DNA of 64,000 bases from assembly GCA_964187785.1 (NCBI GenBank), contig OZ076409.1, positions 85,872,001 through 85,936,000 of the forward strand, given 5' to 3'. A program made the position numbers and the translations under genes. The notes under the pieces were generated by a model. That model was not told where the DNA came from. It worked only from the letters and a program-made list of their open reading frames with translations, and ran no database searches. Positions 14,284-27,232 of the stretch are shown piece after piece (positions within the stretch are counted from its first letter, which is position 1; each line of letters opens with the position of its first letter). The stretch comes from Amphiscolops sp. MND2022. Taxonomy: Eukaryota.

Positions 14284-17200
14284 CAGTTAGTTCAACAGTC
14301 AAGGTCACTCTCTCACATCACCTCAACTAATAGATGAATGTGAATGAATGCATATTTTGATATAATCATTGATGTCATTAGCAACGAGAACATGATGTAA
14401 ATAGTCCAGTACACCGGGGTATTTTCCGCCTTCAATTGGCTAACAAAAGACAATTAATCGAAATCTTACCTTCTCTTTGGTAAAACAAAACTTACGTCGG
14501 ATATAACGTCACAATTCGGAACTAGCGCCCTTTTATTGAACCTCAGCTGACTCCGTAGTAAACACAATCAAATTCGGATATAACGTCAAGAGCTCGGATA
14601 TAGCGTGCTTGGAAAAATGTGAGTTCTTGTTTACGAACCTCTGCCTCCTCCTTAGTAAAACGAAATATTAGGAAATAGTAGCCAAAATAGTCAGGTAAAT
14701 TAGTGAAGTCGGTGGATATCGTGGAGATTTGAACCGTGTCTGCCAGACAGTTGCTGAACCAACTGCGCCATGGTGGAGATTTGACAAGTGGACTTCAAGT
14801 ATTTAAAATAGTCAAGTAATGGATGGAGCCAAGATAGTCAATTAGCTAACTATAAGTGAAGTAGATGAAGGAACTGGGAGATTTGCCAGAATTTGGAAAA
14901 AAGGCAAGATAGATTATGATTTTCCTGCCATTATTTGTGGCCGGAAAAGAATAAGTATGTTGATAAATAATATAATGTATGTAAAACAATATATAACAGC
15001 AATTATCCACGCGGATAGGTTAACACAAATAAGTAATTCATAATACATCATCAAAGTCATGAATCGTTTTTATTGTTTGTTACTGCGGACCTCCTTTTCT
15101 TGAGATCATGACAGTATGCCCGTAAAGTCAGTTTTTTGGCGTTGTCGTTCACCTCTCCTGGTGGTCAACTCTCTTTTGTAGTGTGTCTTGCCTTGGTGCT
15201 TTTAGCTCTTGCCTTGGTGGCTCCTCTGATTGCGCATCCAATTCCTCCTTGTTCCCTTGTTTTATTTTTGTTGTTGTTGTTGCATCTGGCTCTTTTGGTA
15301 ACTCTTCCTCTTCCTCGCTGTCTACTTCTGTGATCGTCAACACATATGACAGTCTTTATAAAACAGATGCTTTTCGTTCTTCGATTGTCGCTGTCTTTTT
15401 CAAGCTCTGTTGTTTTCATGTCTCCATTCTGAAGTCCCCTTCTTTTACTCAGTCTGTTCTTTTCTGATTTGTCTTCGATAATTGGTTAATTTGGCGTGAA
15501 TCTACCTATTTGTTGTGACGACTCACTTGAGTCACTTTGCAATTCGCTTGGCAGTGGCTCTTCGATTTCTTCGTGCACTTTGTCGCAGCTTGTCAGTAAT
15601 CGTCTGTCTGCCTCTCTTGAGCAGCCCGTTGATCATCGTTGTATTGCCATGTGTCCCGTTTTGACAGGATCGTCGTTTGGGTTTTTCCTGCATGTAGGAA
15701 TGTTATTCTGTGAACCGTCTGCTCTAGTTGGACCTCCTGTCTTTTCTGAAACCCCTTCCAATTTGCTTCCACGCGTTCGTTCGCGTACAAGATTTTTCTA
15801 ATCCGGCCCTGATTCGATGTCCCTCTCCGTCAGTTTGAATTCGAATAATTCTGGAAAAAACTGTTTACGGTTTATGAACAGCTTTTTTATAGTACTTGGT
15901 TCCGTGCCAGTATACTTCTCGAATGGCGATTTACTATTTATCGATGGATACGTCCGAAGGGCCAATAGAATTACTGAAAATCCCGAATTATCTAGTTTCA
16001 CAACTATTTGTATGTTCGTTCTAAGCCTTTCGTTTATTGTTCACATCACCAGCCCTCTATTCCCATTTGCATGATGATAGCGGATAGGACTAAGTATTCT
16101 TCATTAGCCGCTTATTTCAAAATACTTTGAGGCGCTTGCTTCTGAAAACTGTGCCCGGATCCGTTCTTATTGCTTGCGGTATTCCATGCCTTGCTATTTA
16201 ATTCTTAGAAAGTTCAATTATCTTCTCCATTGTCAACTTTCTTCAAAATGTCGCTTCAGGCCAATCCCGAAACATGAACGACTGAAAAATGAAACGTTTT
16301 TGTGCGTTGATTGCACTTTGGAACCGCCGCGAAGTCGATATCTACCTCTTGATTCATTTCCTTACAAACTGGTAAGTTCCCAACTTCCTGTTCGAGTAGT
16401 AAAGTTTTCCTGTTCTTACGTGATTCACGACACGCTATCACTTCGCGATGGAGGTGCGTCCAACATACATTTCAGACAGTTGCGTGCATGCTGTCTCGTG
16501 CTCGATTCTTGTAATCAAGGGAGCGCTTTATTATAGGACGTAACGTTTTTGGGAAGAATAAACGTTCATCCATATACATAAAATCGTGCTCATCAAGGAC
16601 AAAATCTAAAACAACAGAACTTTTCACGCCAAGGCGTGGGGGTACAAGTATTTTTGGTGCTGCTAGGTTTCTTCAAAAGGAGAAGAATGTTCCGGACGAA
16701 TTCATCAGTTCCGTAGTGCGCGGTAAACGTAAAATTCCCGAGGGTTTCCCATACTTCAAATTGGTCTATTGAATAACAAATTGGCGAACTTATTGACAAT
16801 TGATTCGTCACTGGCGTTTCCCCTTCCACATTGTTCTCATTTTCGCTTGCTTCTGAATTTGACTCTTTTAATGGGACTTTTTATTAATTGCTGCTATTTG
16901 CTTAAGGGGCTCTTTGTTTATTATCACTACTTCGCTCGCCTCACTTGACATCACTCTGCAATCTTGTCGCTTGTTCTCACTTGCCACGTTTGCTCCTATT
17001 GGCTGATTCTGCTTTGGCTGTGACTTCCGATTTGCTGAAAAACATTTATATTTTCTGATTGTTTCATTAACAGTAAACCACCAATTACATAGTTCTTTTG
17101 CTTTAAATTTCTGTTCGTTAACATTACTTGCCGATTGGTGTCTCGACAGAAAATATGCCATTCCCATAGTACCACTCGAGGCGTGTACTACCTCAAATTG

Positions 17201-19633
17201 GTATGGTAAAGTCGATCTACCCATCGCAATAATCCTGTCAAAGAAATCCTATTTGATCGATTGTCCAGCAAGATAGTAACTAGAGCTTTATGATACATCG
17301 TATACAATATTCCTGAAGTTCCCTATTGCACACACTACAGCGCGTAACTCGAACTCGACTAATGAGTAATTTATCTCGAACTCTCTGAGAAATTGTTATA
17401 CGTAATGGATGGTTTCTCACCCTCCTTCTTCCTCCCACAGAAAACTGCGCCCAGGACAGTTTTGCTGACCTCAGATGATTCTGAGAAGTAAGTCGCTTTT
17501 AAAATGTTTTTTCCCGTTCTTTTGTGGAAGTTAAGCTGGTATAACCCGATCACCTGATTTATTGCCCTCATAAATGACCGTAAATCTGTTACATTCTTTG
17601 ACCTAAGCTTCTCCGTTATTGCTTGAACCTTCCCTTCGATTAGCTTTGTTCTTTCGGCTGATGATTTGTATCAAAGCCATTCTGTGTCCCTTCCCATGAC
17701 TCTGCATTTTTCTAGCTTTAGACGTAATCCGGCTTCGTCCAATAATTTTATTGCTTGTTCGACTTTTTTTTCGATTTGTCCCTCTCAAGTCCCTTTGGTG
17801 ACTAAGAATACATCGTCGATGAACGTGAACGTATTTTTTGTTTTGCGTAAGATTTTGCATGATTTTTTTGAACTAGGATGGCATGATTGTCAATTCATAG
17901 TATGCGGTGTTGAACACGTATGTTCCAGTTGACTCCCCATTTGACCTACAATCTGAAAATCGCAGTGTTTTGCAGTATCAGGATAGAGAATAGTTTGCCC
18001 GTATGCGTATTGCATTACCAATAATGTCGTCAAAATAAAGTCACCTCCTTAGTTTTTATTAACAGTTTCCGCAACCCTCTCGATGTTTGGCCATTTGAGA
18101 CTTGTGTCACGTTTTGGCATTTTGGTGCGACCTGTCATCTAGCGCTAATTGACAATTCGATCCCTTTTTAACAGTTATGACTAGGTTTTTGTATGTACAT
18201 GTCGTCTGTTTTTTTTGTCAATTCTTTTGATATGCCCCGCTTCCTGCAAATGTTTGATGTCTGCATCCACAGCCTGTTGTAATTTAAGTGAAACCATCTT
18301 CTTTTTTAATGAGAAGGGAAACTCTCGCTCTTTCTTTTTGTTCATTTTTTGTGTCACCGACGTTGATGAATCCAAGTAAGTTCAGTGGTTTTCCTTTGTA
18401 ATCACCGTACTCCTCGTGCTTGCGTAGTGGCGCGGCACAGATCAAATCGCTTGTCAACAGCCTTCGCTCATCTTCTCTCGTAAGTATTGTGATTGGTGAT
18501 CCGGAATCAATCATCGTTGAGAATGGTTGTTTGTTCATTCGTCCAGTTATGCACAAACGATGGCGCACCTGTTCTATCCAGTCTCAGCGCAATGTTTTCT
18601 TTGTCCCATTCGGAACTCCCCTCTGATTAGTCAGCTGCTTAACCAATTAAGCTTATTCTTCTCAATCCACCTCGAATGAGGATGTGCCAGTTCCTCTGAA
18701 ATTGGCAGATTTGGTGCGTTTACACATCCTCATGAAGTGTCCAATAAAAATTAACTCCCAGTTGCGACGTTTTTCGGTCTGGGCCTTGCATACGGCCAGT
18801 TGCTTCTGGACAATTTCCAACCGGCATCTCGTACTTGGGGTTTTTTTCTGTTTTCAATTGCGTATACTGGTTCATGCTTTACCTTGTTGTCTCCCCGAAA
18901 CTCTTCTGCAGACTAATGCCTTCCTCGAAAGCTATCGCAAATCTGAGTGCACCTTGGGGTTGCGCATTGTCGCCCTGCATAATCGTTCTTGTACGGTCTT
19001 GTGATGCATGTTTTGGATGGAAGCATCCATTTTTACTCTTTCTGTCTGTTGTTCATAGTAACACCTTGCTGCTAGATCTCTCAGTGCAATTCAAAAGTGT
19101 CTCACGGTTTCGTTTGGCAGTTGTTTTCTGCTGAAAATTGTGTAACTGTCCAACGTTCGGTTTCTTTGCTTTCAGAATGTTTGTTCACAATCGTCCTTGA
19201 TTTCGGTTGAAATTGCCGTTGACAAAACAAAATATGGGTCTTTACCTGTCAAATTCTTTCGCCGTGCCGATCCTAATGACAAAAATAGTATGCTTACTAC
19301 TTTTCTTTCAGCGAATAGCTCGTTGAGGTTGTTTATTAACGCGGCCTGCCTCGGGCGGTCTTCTGATGGTGTTTTCAATGAGAAGTTGCTCCTCCGCTCA
19401 TTTCCGAGATTTCTCGCAGCGCCATGTTATAACTTTACGAAGACTGATTGAAAGAAGATAAGAATTTTTGAGCAATACTGTATTCTATAAAAACCATATG
19501 ATGAGTTCGATTTTGTTTTGATTTATACATGTTTGTAATAAATATCGAAGTTTTTGTTAACGTTTCTGTACAACTTGCTCAATTTTTTGTTCTTTTCAGC
19601 GGTTATTTCACTAGTCAAGGTCACTCTCTCACC
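14284..19633 (-). mobile_element. Decayed Ty3/Gypsy element, copy 1
   Basis: 5' LTR about 19425-19633 followed by PBS TGGCGCTGCGAG (19424-19413). The 3' LTR start (tgtgagagagtgaccttgac) at 14317 runs into the gap. Fragmented frames carry protease MIDSGSPITI, RT TFIDD (about 17813-17824), RNase H SKTVLGAV and MGMAYFLSRH. Many stops and frameshifts. Confidence 0.85.
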
Positions 19634-22600
19634 AATACTCTTTGTGAATTATTTTCTTACATGCATAGTGTAGTAGGTGAACCGAAAAACAAAACGGACA
19701 TACAAAATTCAGTCCTCAAAATTCTAAAACAGTTATATTTGTAAACAAATGGTGGAGATTTGACAAGTGGACTTCAAGTATTTAAAATAGTCAAGTAATG
19801 GATGGAGCCAAGATAGTCAATTAGCTAACTATAAGTGAAGTAGATGAAGGAACTGGGAGATTTGCCAGAATTTGGAAAAAAGGCAAGATAGATTATGATT
19901 TTCCTGCCATTATTTGTGGCCGGAAAAGAATAAGTATGTTGATAAATAATATAATGTATGTAAAACAATATATAACAGCAATTATCCACGCGGATAGGTT
20001 AACACAAATAAGTAATTCATAATACATCATCAAAGTCATGAATCGTTTTTATTGTTTGTTACTGCGGACCTCCTTTTCTTGAGATCATGACAGTATGCCC
20101 GTAAAGTCAGTTTTTTGGCGTTGTCGTTCACCTCTCCTGGTGGTCAACTCTCTTTTGTAGTGTGTCTTGCCTTGGTGCTTTTAGCTCTTGCCTTGGTGGC
20201 TCCTCTGATTGCGCATCCAATTCCTCCTTGTTCCCTTGTTTTATTTTTGTTGTTGTTGTTGCATCTGGCTCTTTTGGTAACTCTTCCTCTTCCTCGCTGT
20301 CTACTTCTGTGATCGTCAACACATATGACAGTCTTTATAAAACAGATGCTTTTCGTTCTTCGATTGTCGCTGTCTTTTTCAAGCTCTGTTGTTTTCATGT
20401 CTCCATTCTGAAGTCCCCTTCTTTTACTCAGTCTGTTCTTTTCTGATTTGTCTTCGATAATTGGTTAATTTGGCGTGAATCTACCTATTTGTTGTGACGA
20501 CTCACTTGAGTCACTTTGCAATTCGCTTGGCAGTGGCTCTTCGATTTCTTCGTGCACTTTGTCGCAGCTTGTCAGTAATCGTCTGTCTGCCTCTCTTGAG
20601 CAGCCCGTTGATCATCGTTGTATTGCCATGTGTCCCGTTTTGACAGGATCGTCGTTTGGGTTTTTCCTGCATGTAGGAATGTTATTCTGTGAACCGTCTG
20701 CTCTAGTTGGACCTCCTGTCTTTTCTGAAACCCCTTCCAATTTGCTTCCACGCGTTCGTTCGCGTACAAGATTTTTCTAATCCGGCCCTGATTCGATGTC
20801 CCTCTCCGTCAGTTTGAATTCGAATAATTCTGGAAAAAACTGTTTACGGTTTATGAACAGCTTTTTTATAGTACTTGGTTCCGTGCCAGTATACTTCTCA
20901 AATGGCGATTTCCTATTTATCGATGGATACGTCCGAAGGGCCAATAGAATTACTGAAAATCCCGAATTATCTAGTTTCACAACTATTTGTATGTTCGTTC
21001 TAAGCCTTTCGTTTATTGTTCACATCACCAGCCCTCTATTCCCATTTGCATGATGATAGCGGATAGGACTCAGTATTCTTCATTAGCCGCTTATTTCAAA
21101 ATACTTTGAGGCGCTTGCTTCTGAAAACTGTGCCCGGATCCGTTCTTATTGCTTGCGGTATTCCATGCCTTGCTATTTAATTCTTAGAAAGTTCAATTAT
21201 CTTCTCCATTGTCAACTTTCTTCAAAATGTCGCTTCAGGCCAATCCCGAAACATGAACGACTGAAAAATGAAACGTTTTTGTGCGTTGATTGCACTTTGG
21301 AACCGCTGCGAAGTCGATATCTACCTCTTGATTCATTTCCTTACAAACTGGTAAGTTCCCAACTTGCTGTTCGAGTAGTAAAGTTTTCCTGTTCTTACGT
21401 GATTCACGACACGCTATCACTTCGCGATGGAGGTGCGTCCAACATACATTTCAGACAGTTGCGTGCATGCTGTCTCGTGCTCGATTCTTGTAATCAAGGG
21501 AGCGCATTATTATAGGACGTAACGTTTTTGGGAAGAATAAACGTTCATCCATATACATAAAATCGTGCTCATCAAGGACAAAATCTAAAACAACAGAACT
21601 TTTCACGCCAAGGCGTGGGGGTACAAGTATTTTTGGTGCTGCTAGGTTTCTTCAAAAGGAGAAGAATGTTCCGGACGAATTCATCAGTTCCGTAGTGCGC
21701 GGTAAACGTAAAATTCCCCGAGGGTTTCCCATACTTCAAATTGGTCTATTGAATAACAAATTGGCGAACTTATTGACAATTGATTCGTCACTGGCGTTTC
21801 CCCTTCCACATTGTTCTCATTTTCGCTTGCTTCTGAATTTGACTCTTTTAATGGGACTTTTTATTAATTGCTGCTATTTGCTTAAGGGGCTCTTTGTTTA
21901 TTATCACTACTTCGCTCGCCTCACTTGACATCACTCTGCAATCTTGTCGCTTGTTCTCACTTGCCACGTTTGCTCCTATTGGCTGATTCTGCTTTGGCTG
22001 TGACTTCCGATTTGCTGAAAAACATTTATATTTTCTGATTGTTTCATTAACAGTAAACCAACAATTACATAGTTCTTTTGCTTTAAATTTCTGTTCGTTA
22101 ACATTACTTGCCGATTGGTGTCTCGACAGAAAATATGCCATTCCCATAGTACCACTCGAGGCGTGTACTACCTCAAATTGGTATGGTAAAGTCGATCTAC
22201 CCATCGCAATAATCCTGTCAAAGAAATCCTATTTGATCGATTGTCCAGCAAGATAGTAACTAGAGCTTTATGATACATCGTATACAATATTCCTGAAGTT
22301 CCCTATTGCACACACTACAGCGCGTAACTCGAACTCGACTAATGAGTAATTTATCTCGAACTCTCTGAGAAATTGTTATACGTAATGGATGGTTTCTCAC
22401 CCTCCTTCTTCCTCCCACAGAAAACTGCGCCCAGGACAGTTTTGCTGACCTCAGATGATTCTGAGAAGTAAGTCGCTTTTAAAAAGTTTTTTCCCGTTCT
22501 TTTGTGGAAGTTAAGCTGGTATAACCCGATCACCTGATTTATTGCCCTCATAAATGACCGTAAATCTGTTACATTCTTTGACCTAAGCTTCTCCGTTATT

Positions 22601-24729
22601 GCTTGAACCTTCCCTTCGATTAGCTTTGTTCTTTCGGCTGATGATTTGTATCAAAGCCATTCTGTGTCCCTTCCCATGACTCTGCATTTTTCTAGCTTTA
22701 GACGTAATCCGGCTTCGTCCAATAATTTTATTGCTTGTTCGACTTTTTTTTCGATTTGTCCCTCTCAAGTCCCTTTGGTGACTAAGAATACATCGTCGAT
22801 GAACGTGAACGTATTTTTTGTTTTGCGTAAGATTTTGCATGATTTTTTTGAACTAGGATGGCATGATTGTCAATTCATAGTATGCGGTGTTGAACACGTA
22901 TGTTCCAGTTGACTCCCCATTTGACCTACAATCTGAAAATCGCAGTGTTTTGCAGTATCAGGATAGAGAATAGTTTGCCCGTATGCGTATTGCATTACCA
23001 ATAATGTCGTCAAAATAAAGTCACCTCCTTAGTTTTTATTAACAGTTTCCGCAACCCTCTCGATGTTTGGCCATTTGAGACTTGTGTCACGTTTTGGCAT
23101 TTTGGTGCGACCTGTCATCTAGCGCTAATTGACAATTCGATCCCTTTTTAACAGTTATGACTAGGTTTTTGTATGTACATGTCGTCTGTTTTTTTTGTCA
23201 ATTCTTTTGATATGCCCCGCTTCCTGCAAATGTTTGATGTCTGCATCCACAGCCTGTTGTAATTTAAGTGAAACCATCTTCTTTTTTAATGAGAAGGGAA
23301 ACTCTCGCTCTTTCTTTTTGTTCATTTTTTGTGTCACCGACGTTGATGAATCCAAGTAAGTTCAGTGGTTTTCCTTTGTAATCACCGTACTCCTCGTGCT
23401 TGCGTAGTGGCGCGGCACAGATCAAATCGCTTGTCAACAGCCTTCGCTCATCTTCTCTCGTAAGTATTGTGATTGGTGATCCGGAATCAATCATCGTTGA
23501 GAATGGTTGTTTGTTCATTCGTCCAGTTATGCACAAACGATGGCGCACCTGTTCTATCCAGTCTCAGCGCAATGTTTTCTTTGTCCCATTCGGAACTCCC
23601 CTCTGATTAGTCAGCTGCTTAACCAATTAAGCTTATTCTTCTCAATCCACCTCGAATGAGGATGTGCCAGTTCCTCTGAAATTGGCAGATTTGGTGCGTT
23701 TACACATCCTCATGAAGTGTCCAATAAAAATTAACTCCCAGTTGCGACGTTTTTCGGTCTGGGCCTTGCATACGGCCAGTTGCTTCTGGACAATTTCCAA
23801 CCGGCATCTCGTACTTGGGGTTTTTTTCTGTTTTCAATTGCGTATACTGGTTCATGCTTTACCTTGTTGTCTCCCCGAAACTCTTCTGCAGACTAATGCC
23901 TTCCTCGAAAGCTATCGCAAATCTGAGTGCACCTTGGGGTTGCGCATCGTCGCCCTGCATAATCGTTCTTGTACGGTCTTGTGATGCATGTTTTGGATGG
24001 AAGCATCCATTATTACTCTTTCTGTCTGTTGTTCATAGTAACACCTTGCTGCTAGATCTCTCAGTGCAATTCAAAAGTGTCTCACGGTTTCGTTTGGCAG
24101 TTGTTTTCTGCTGAAAATTGTGTAACTGTCCAACGTTCGGTTTCTTTGCTTTCAGAATGTTTGTTCACAATCGTCCTTGATTTCGGTTGAAATTGCCGTT
24201 GACAAAACAAAATATGGGTCTTTACCTGTCAAATTCTTTCGCCGTGCCGATCCTAATGACAAAAATAGTATGCTTACTACTTTTCTTTCAGCGAATAGCT
24301 CGTTGAGGTTGTTTATTAACGCGGCCTGCCTCGGGCGGTCTTCTGATGGTGTTCTCAATGAGAAGTTGCTCCTCCGCTCATTTCCGAGATTTCTCGCAGC
24401 GCCATGTTATAACTTTACGAAGACTGATTGAAAGAAGATAAGAATTTTTGAGCAATACTGTATTCTATGAAAACCATATGATGAGTTCGATTTTGTTTTG
24501 ATTTATACATGTTTGTAATAAATATCGAAGTTTTTGTTAACGTTTTTGTACAACTTGCTCAATTTTTTGTTCTTTTCAGCGGTTATTTCACTAGTCAAGG
24601 TCACTCTCTCACCAATACTCTTTGTGAATTATTTTCTTACATGCATAGTGTAGTAGGTGAACCGAAAAACAAAACGGACATACAAAATTCAGTCCTCAAA
24701 ATTCTAAAACAGTTATATTTGTAAACAAA
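14770..24729 (+). repeat. Head-to-tail tandem duplication, unit about 4.98 kb (14770-19749 / 19749-24729)
   Basis: Both units begin atggtggagatttgacaag and end ttatatttgtaaacaaa. The ORF track repeats at offset 4979-4980 with only scattered substitutions and one 1-bp indel. Confidence 0.97.
19749..24613 (-). mobile_element. Decayed Ty3/Gypsy element, copy 2 (lacks 3' LTR; product of the duplication)
   Basis: Near-identical to 14770-19633; LTR about 24405-24613 with the PBS adjacent. Confidence 0.85.
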
Positions 24730-26788
24730 ACGTTGAAAACTTTCCACTTTGTCAATCATCCTCTCTCTCATTACGTACTCAAATTTTCAACAAAGAATGA
24801 CCTGAACCTTCAGAAAAAGTCTATATGTTTTTACCAGCAGTTTCATTCACACTTCTGATGTGTGAAAGTTCTTTTTCTTCGAAGAAAAGTTGTCAAATTG
24901 AATGACCGACAAGTTGAATCACTGTGTTCAGAGTTGTTTTGAAACAACTGCTGACAAATAGAATATGAAAGAAATTTTTGTGCCTTCCGTTTTTTATGGT
25001 TCACCTGATAGACAGAAAGTAGCAGACACAGTGCAGACACAGTGGACGAGTGAATCTTGGATTCAAAAGTTCCCCCTAAATGATTGTGTACCAACTGAGC
25101 CGCACAGTGATTGTTCTTTGCCATTCTCATTGACGTTATTTTCATTTCGCTTTTTTCGCCAAATGCGTTCTTATGCTATGGCCAAAACCCTCTGTTATGG
25201 ACAAAGGGCTTGCTCAAGGTCAAACAAGTGTTACTTGGGCGAAGTGCGAAACTAGCAACCATGACAAAAACCTCGTGTTCTGACGAAAAAAGTAGCTGCT
25301 AATTGATATTTTTGTTTAGAACACACCCTCTTTCTGCTATCTCTGAAGCCATTGATTATCAGACAGAAGGTAAAACGTTCTTGAGATGCAATTCACGTTA
25401 CACACTATTTAGGTTTGAAACTTTCAAGGCAAAATTTGCGGAAGTTAGCCTATAACAACTTTTTATGTATTAGGATAAATATTTGCTTCTTGACCTATGT
25501 TGCAGACTTAGCGTAATTTAGAAGCGATGTCGATCAAGTTTTATTTATGCTTCTTTTCGATATTGATGTACTGATTTACAGTCAACCTTTGCGGCCCTTA
25601 AAAATTACATATCCGAAGAACACCGCTAATCTCTACTGAAAAGTTTTCCCGACAGCTGTATTGTACAAAAAATGGGTATAGATCAATGAACCTCGGAATT
25701 GTGATTCTCTTACATGAACACATTAGGGAGCTCAACAATTTCAAGAGTAATTATTCTGGAACAATATCAAAAATTAAATTATGACTTGCTTATGCTCCCA
25801 ATTTAGACTCTGAAACTGGATTTCCAATAAATAAAGTATTGGAATAAAAATTCTTATTTGTCAACTTTTTGTCAACTATTCTTATTTGTCTCATACTGGT
25901 GGTAAAACTTCCGAAATTAAAGAAATGTTAAGTAGACAAAAATCCGAGAAACATTTGTTTCTATCAAAATTCAAAAAAGTTGACTTTTCTATCATAAGGC
26001 TTTAGCAAATCACGTAAGCATACGTTGCAAGGGTCTTAAATAAACATGAATTTCCATTCTTTTGTCATAGGGCTGTATATCATTCGCACCCTCTCAGAAC
26101 AAGAACAGCACAAAACTTTATCTGAAGTCAACGCGAACAACTTGAAACGTCTTTCGTAAACCTTTCTTGACGTCTCAAATATGCTTGTTAGTCGGCCTTT
26201 TTCTTAAGAGCCCGACTATTACAGTCACTCGGTTTTTTAGTCGGCGCGTTTTACTTTTAGGGAAAAATGCCCGACTATAGCAGTGACCTTTTTTTCTTCA
26301 GACTACAATCCTAACACTGATCAGTCAACTTTTTAGAAACAATCCTGAAACCACCTAAGGCCAAGTCCGGCCAAGGCAAACTTAGTTCAAAGGGTCCCCC
26401 TTTCATTTTTTACTTTTTCAAGGAAACCTACAAAACGGGACGTGCCTAAAGGGTTTTGTGCGACTTTTTTTCGAAAATTTTTCAAGTTCCCCAAGGGTCC
26501 CCCCTTCAAATTTTTTGATGTTTTGCAACAGAATGAATGGTAATAAATCCAAAAGGGTCCCCCCTTTTACATTTTCGGCACTATGCATTTTTTGAAAGAA
26601 GAAAAAACTTCAAAAATTTTTTTGCGATTTTTGAGCCTTAGATATAGCGCCGACTTTAGACGTCTTAATTTCTTTAAGACAGACTCGAAGTGACGAACGT
26701 TAACGTTCAACTAAATGAAACTAAACGAATACACGGGAAACACATCTAAGTTATTCCAAAGGGTCCCCCCTTTGTTTTATTTACTTTT

Positions 26789-27098
26789 TGTGGTGACGTC
26801 ATCGTCACTTGTTGTTATTCGGTAAACATCTACCGTTCGTTACCGAAGAAGCTACTTCAATTTCATTGGCTCCGAGATTCGGTTATATAACACCGAAAAA
26901 TGGAAACTTTCAATATGCGTTACCGATGAACGGTGAAAGAACTCAAATAAACTCTTACATAATAGACTTGTATTTTAACTGGTGTCAACTATTAATTTGA
27001 ATATTATTTTACTGTATTGTACGGACGATAATGAAATAAAACGAGAACCTGAATTGAACTGAGTTTAAAACAAAATCTTTTCAAACCACTTTACGACA
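26789..27098 (+). repeat. 5' LTR
   Basis: Matches 30232-30541; one mismatch noticed (ccgaaaaatgg vs ccgaagaatgg). Confidence 0.96.
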
Positions 27099-27232
27099 AA
27101 TGGTGTCCAGACCACCGAAATTCCTTTAAATTTGAGAATTGATTGCAAAAGAAACAGAAGATTTCTTACCGTTATTTCATTTCAACCGAAAGGAAGAAGA
27201 TTATATTCAATTCGTTCGGTGGAAATTTTGAA

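Noticed and set aside
14000..14308. ORFs spanning the N run
   Set aside because: Artefacts of the gap.
15136..15333. Hydrophobic membrane peptide ORF (also 20115-20312 and 4379-4594)
   Set aside because: Antisense shadow of purine-rich, low-complexity retroelement coding sequence.
24843..25145. Degenerate C2H2 zinc-finger-like ORF
   Set aside because: Cys/His spacing is incomplete and there is no splice or homology support.
26809..27000. 63-aa ORF present twice
   Set aside because: Chance ORF within the LTRs with a non-ATG start.
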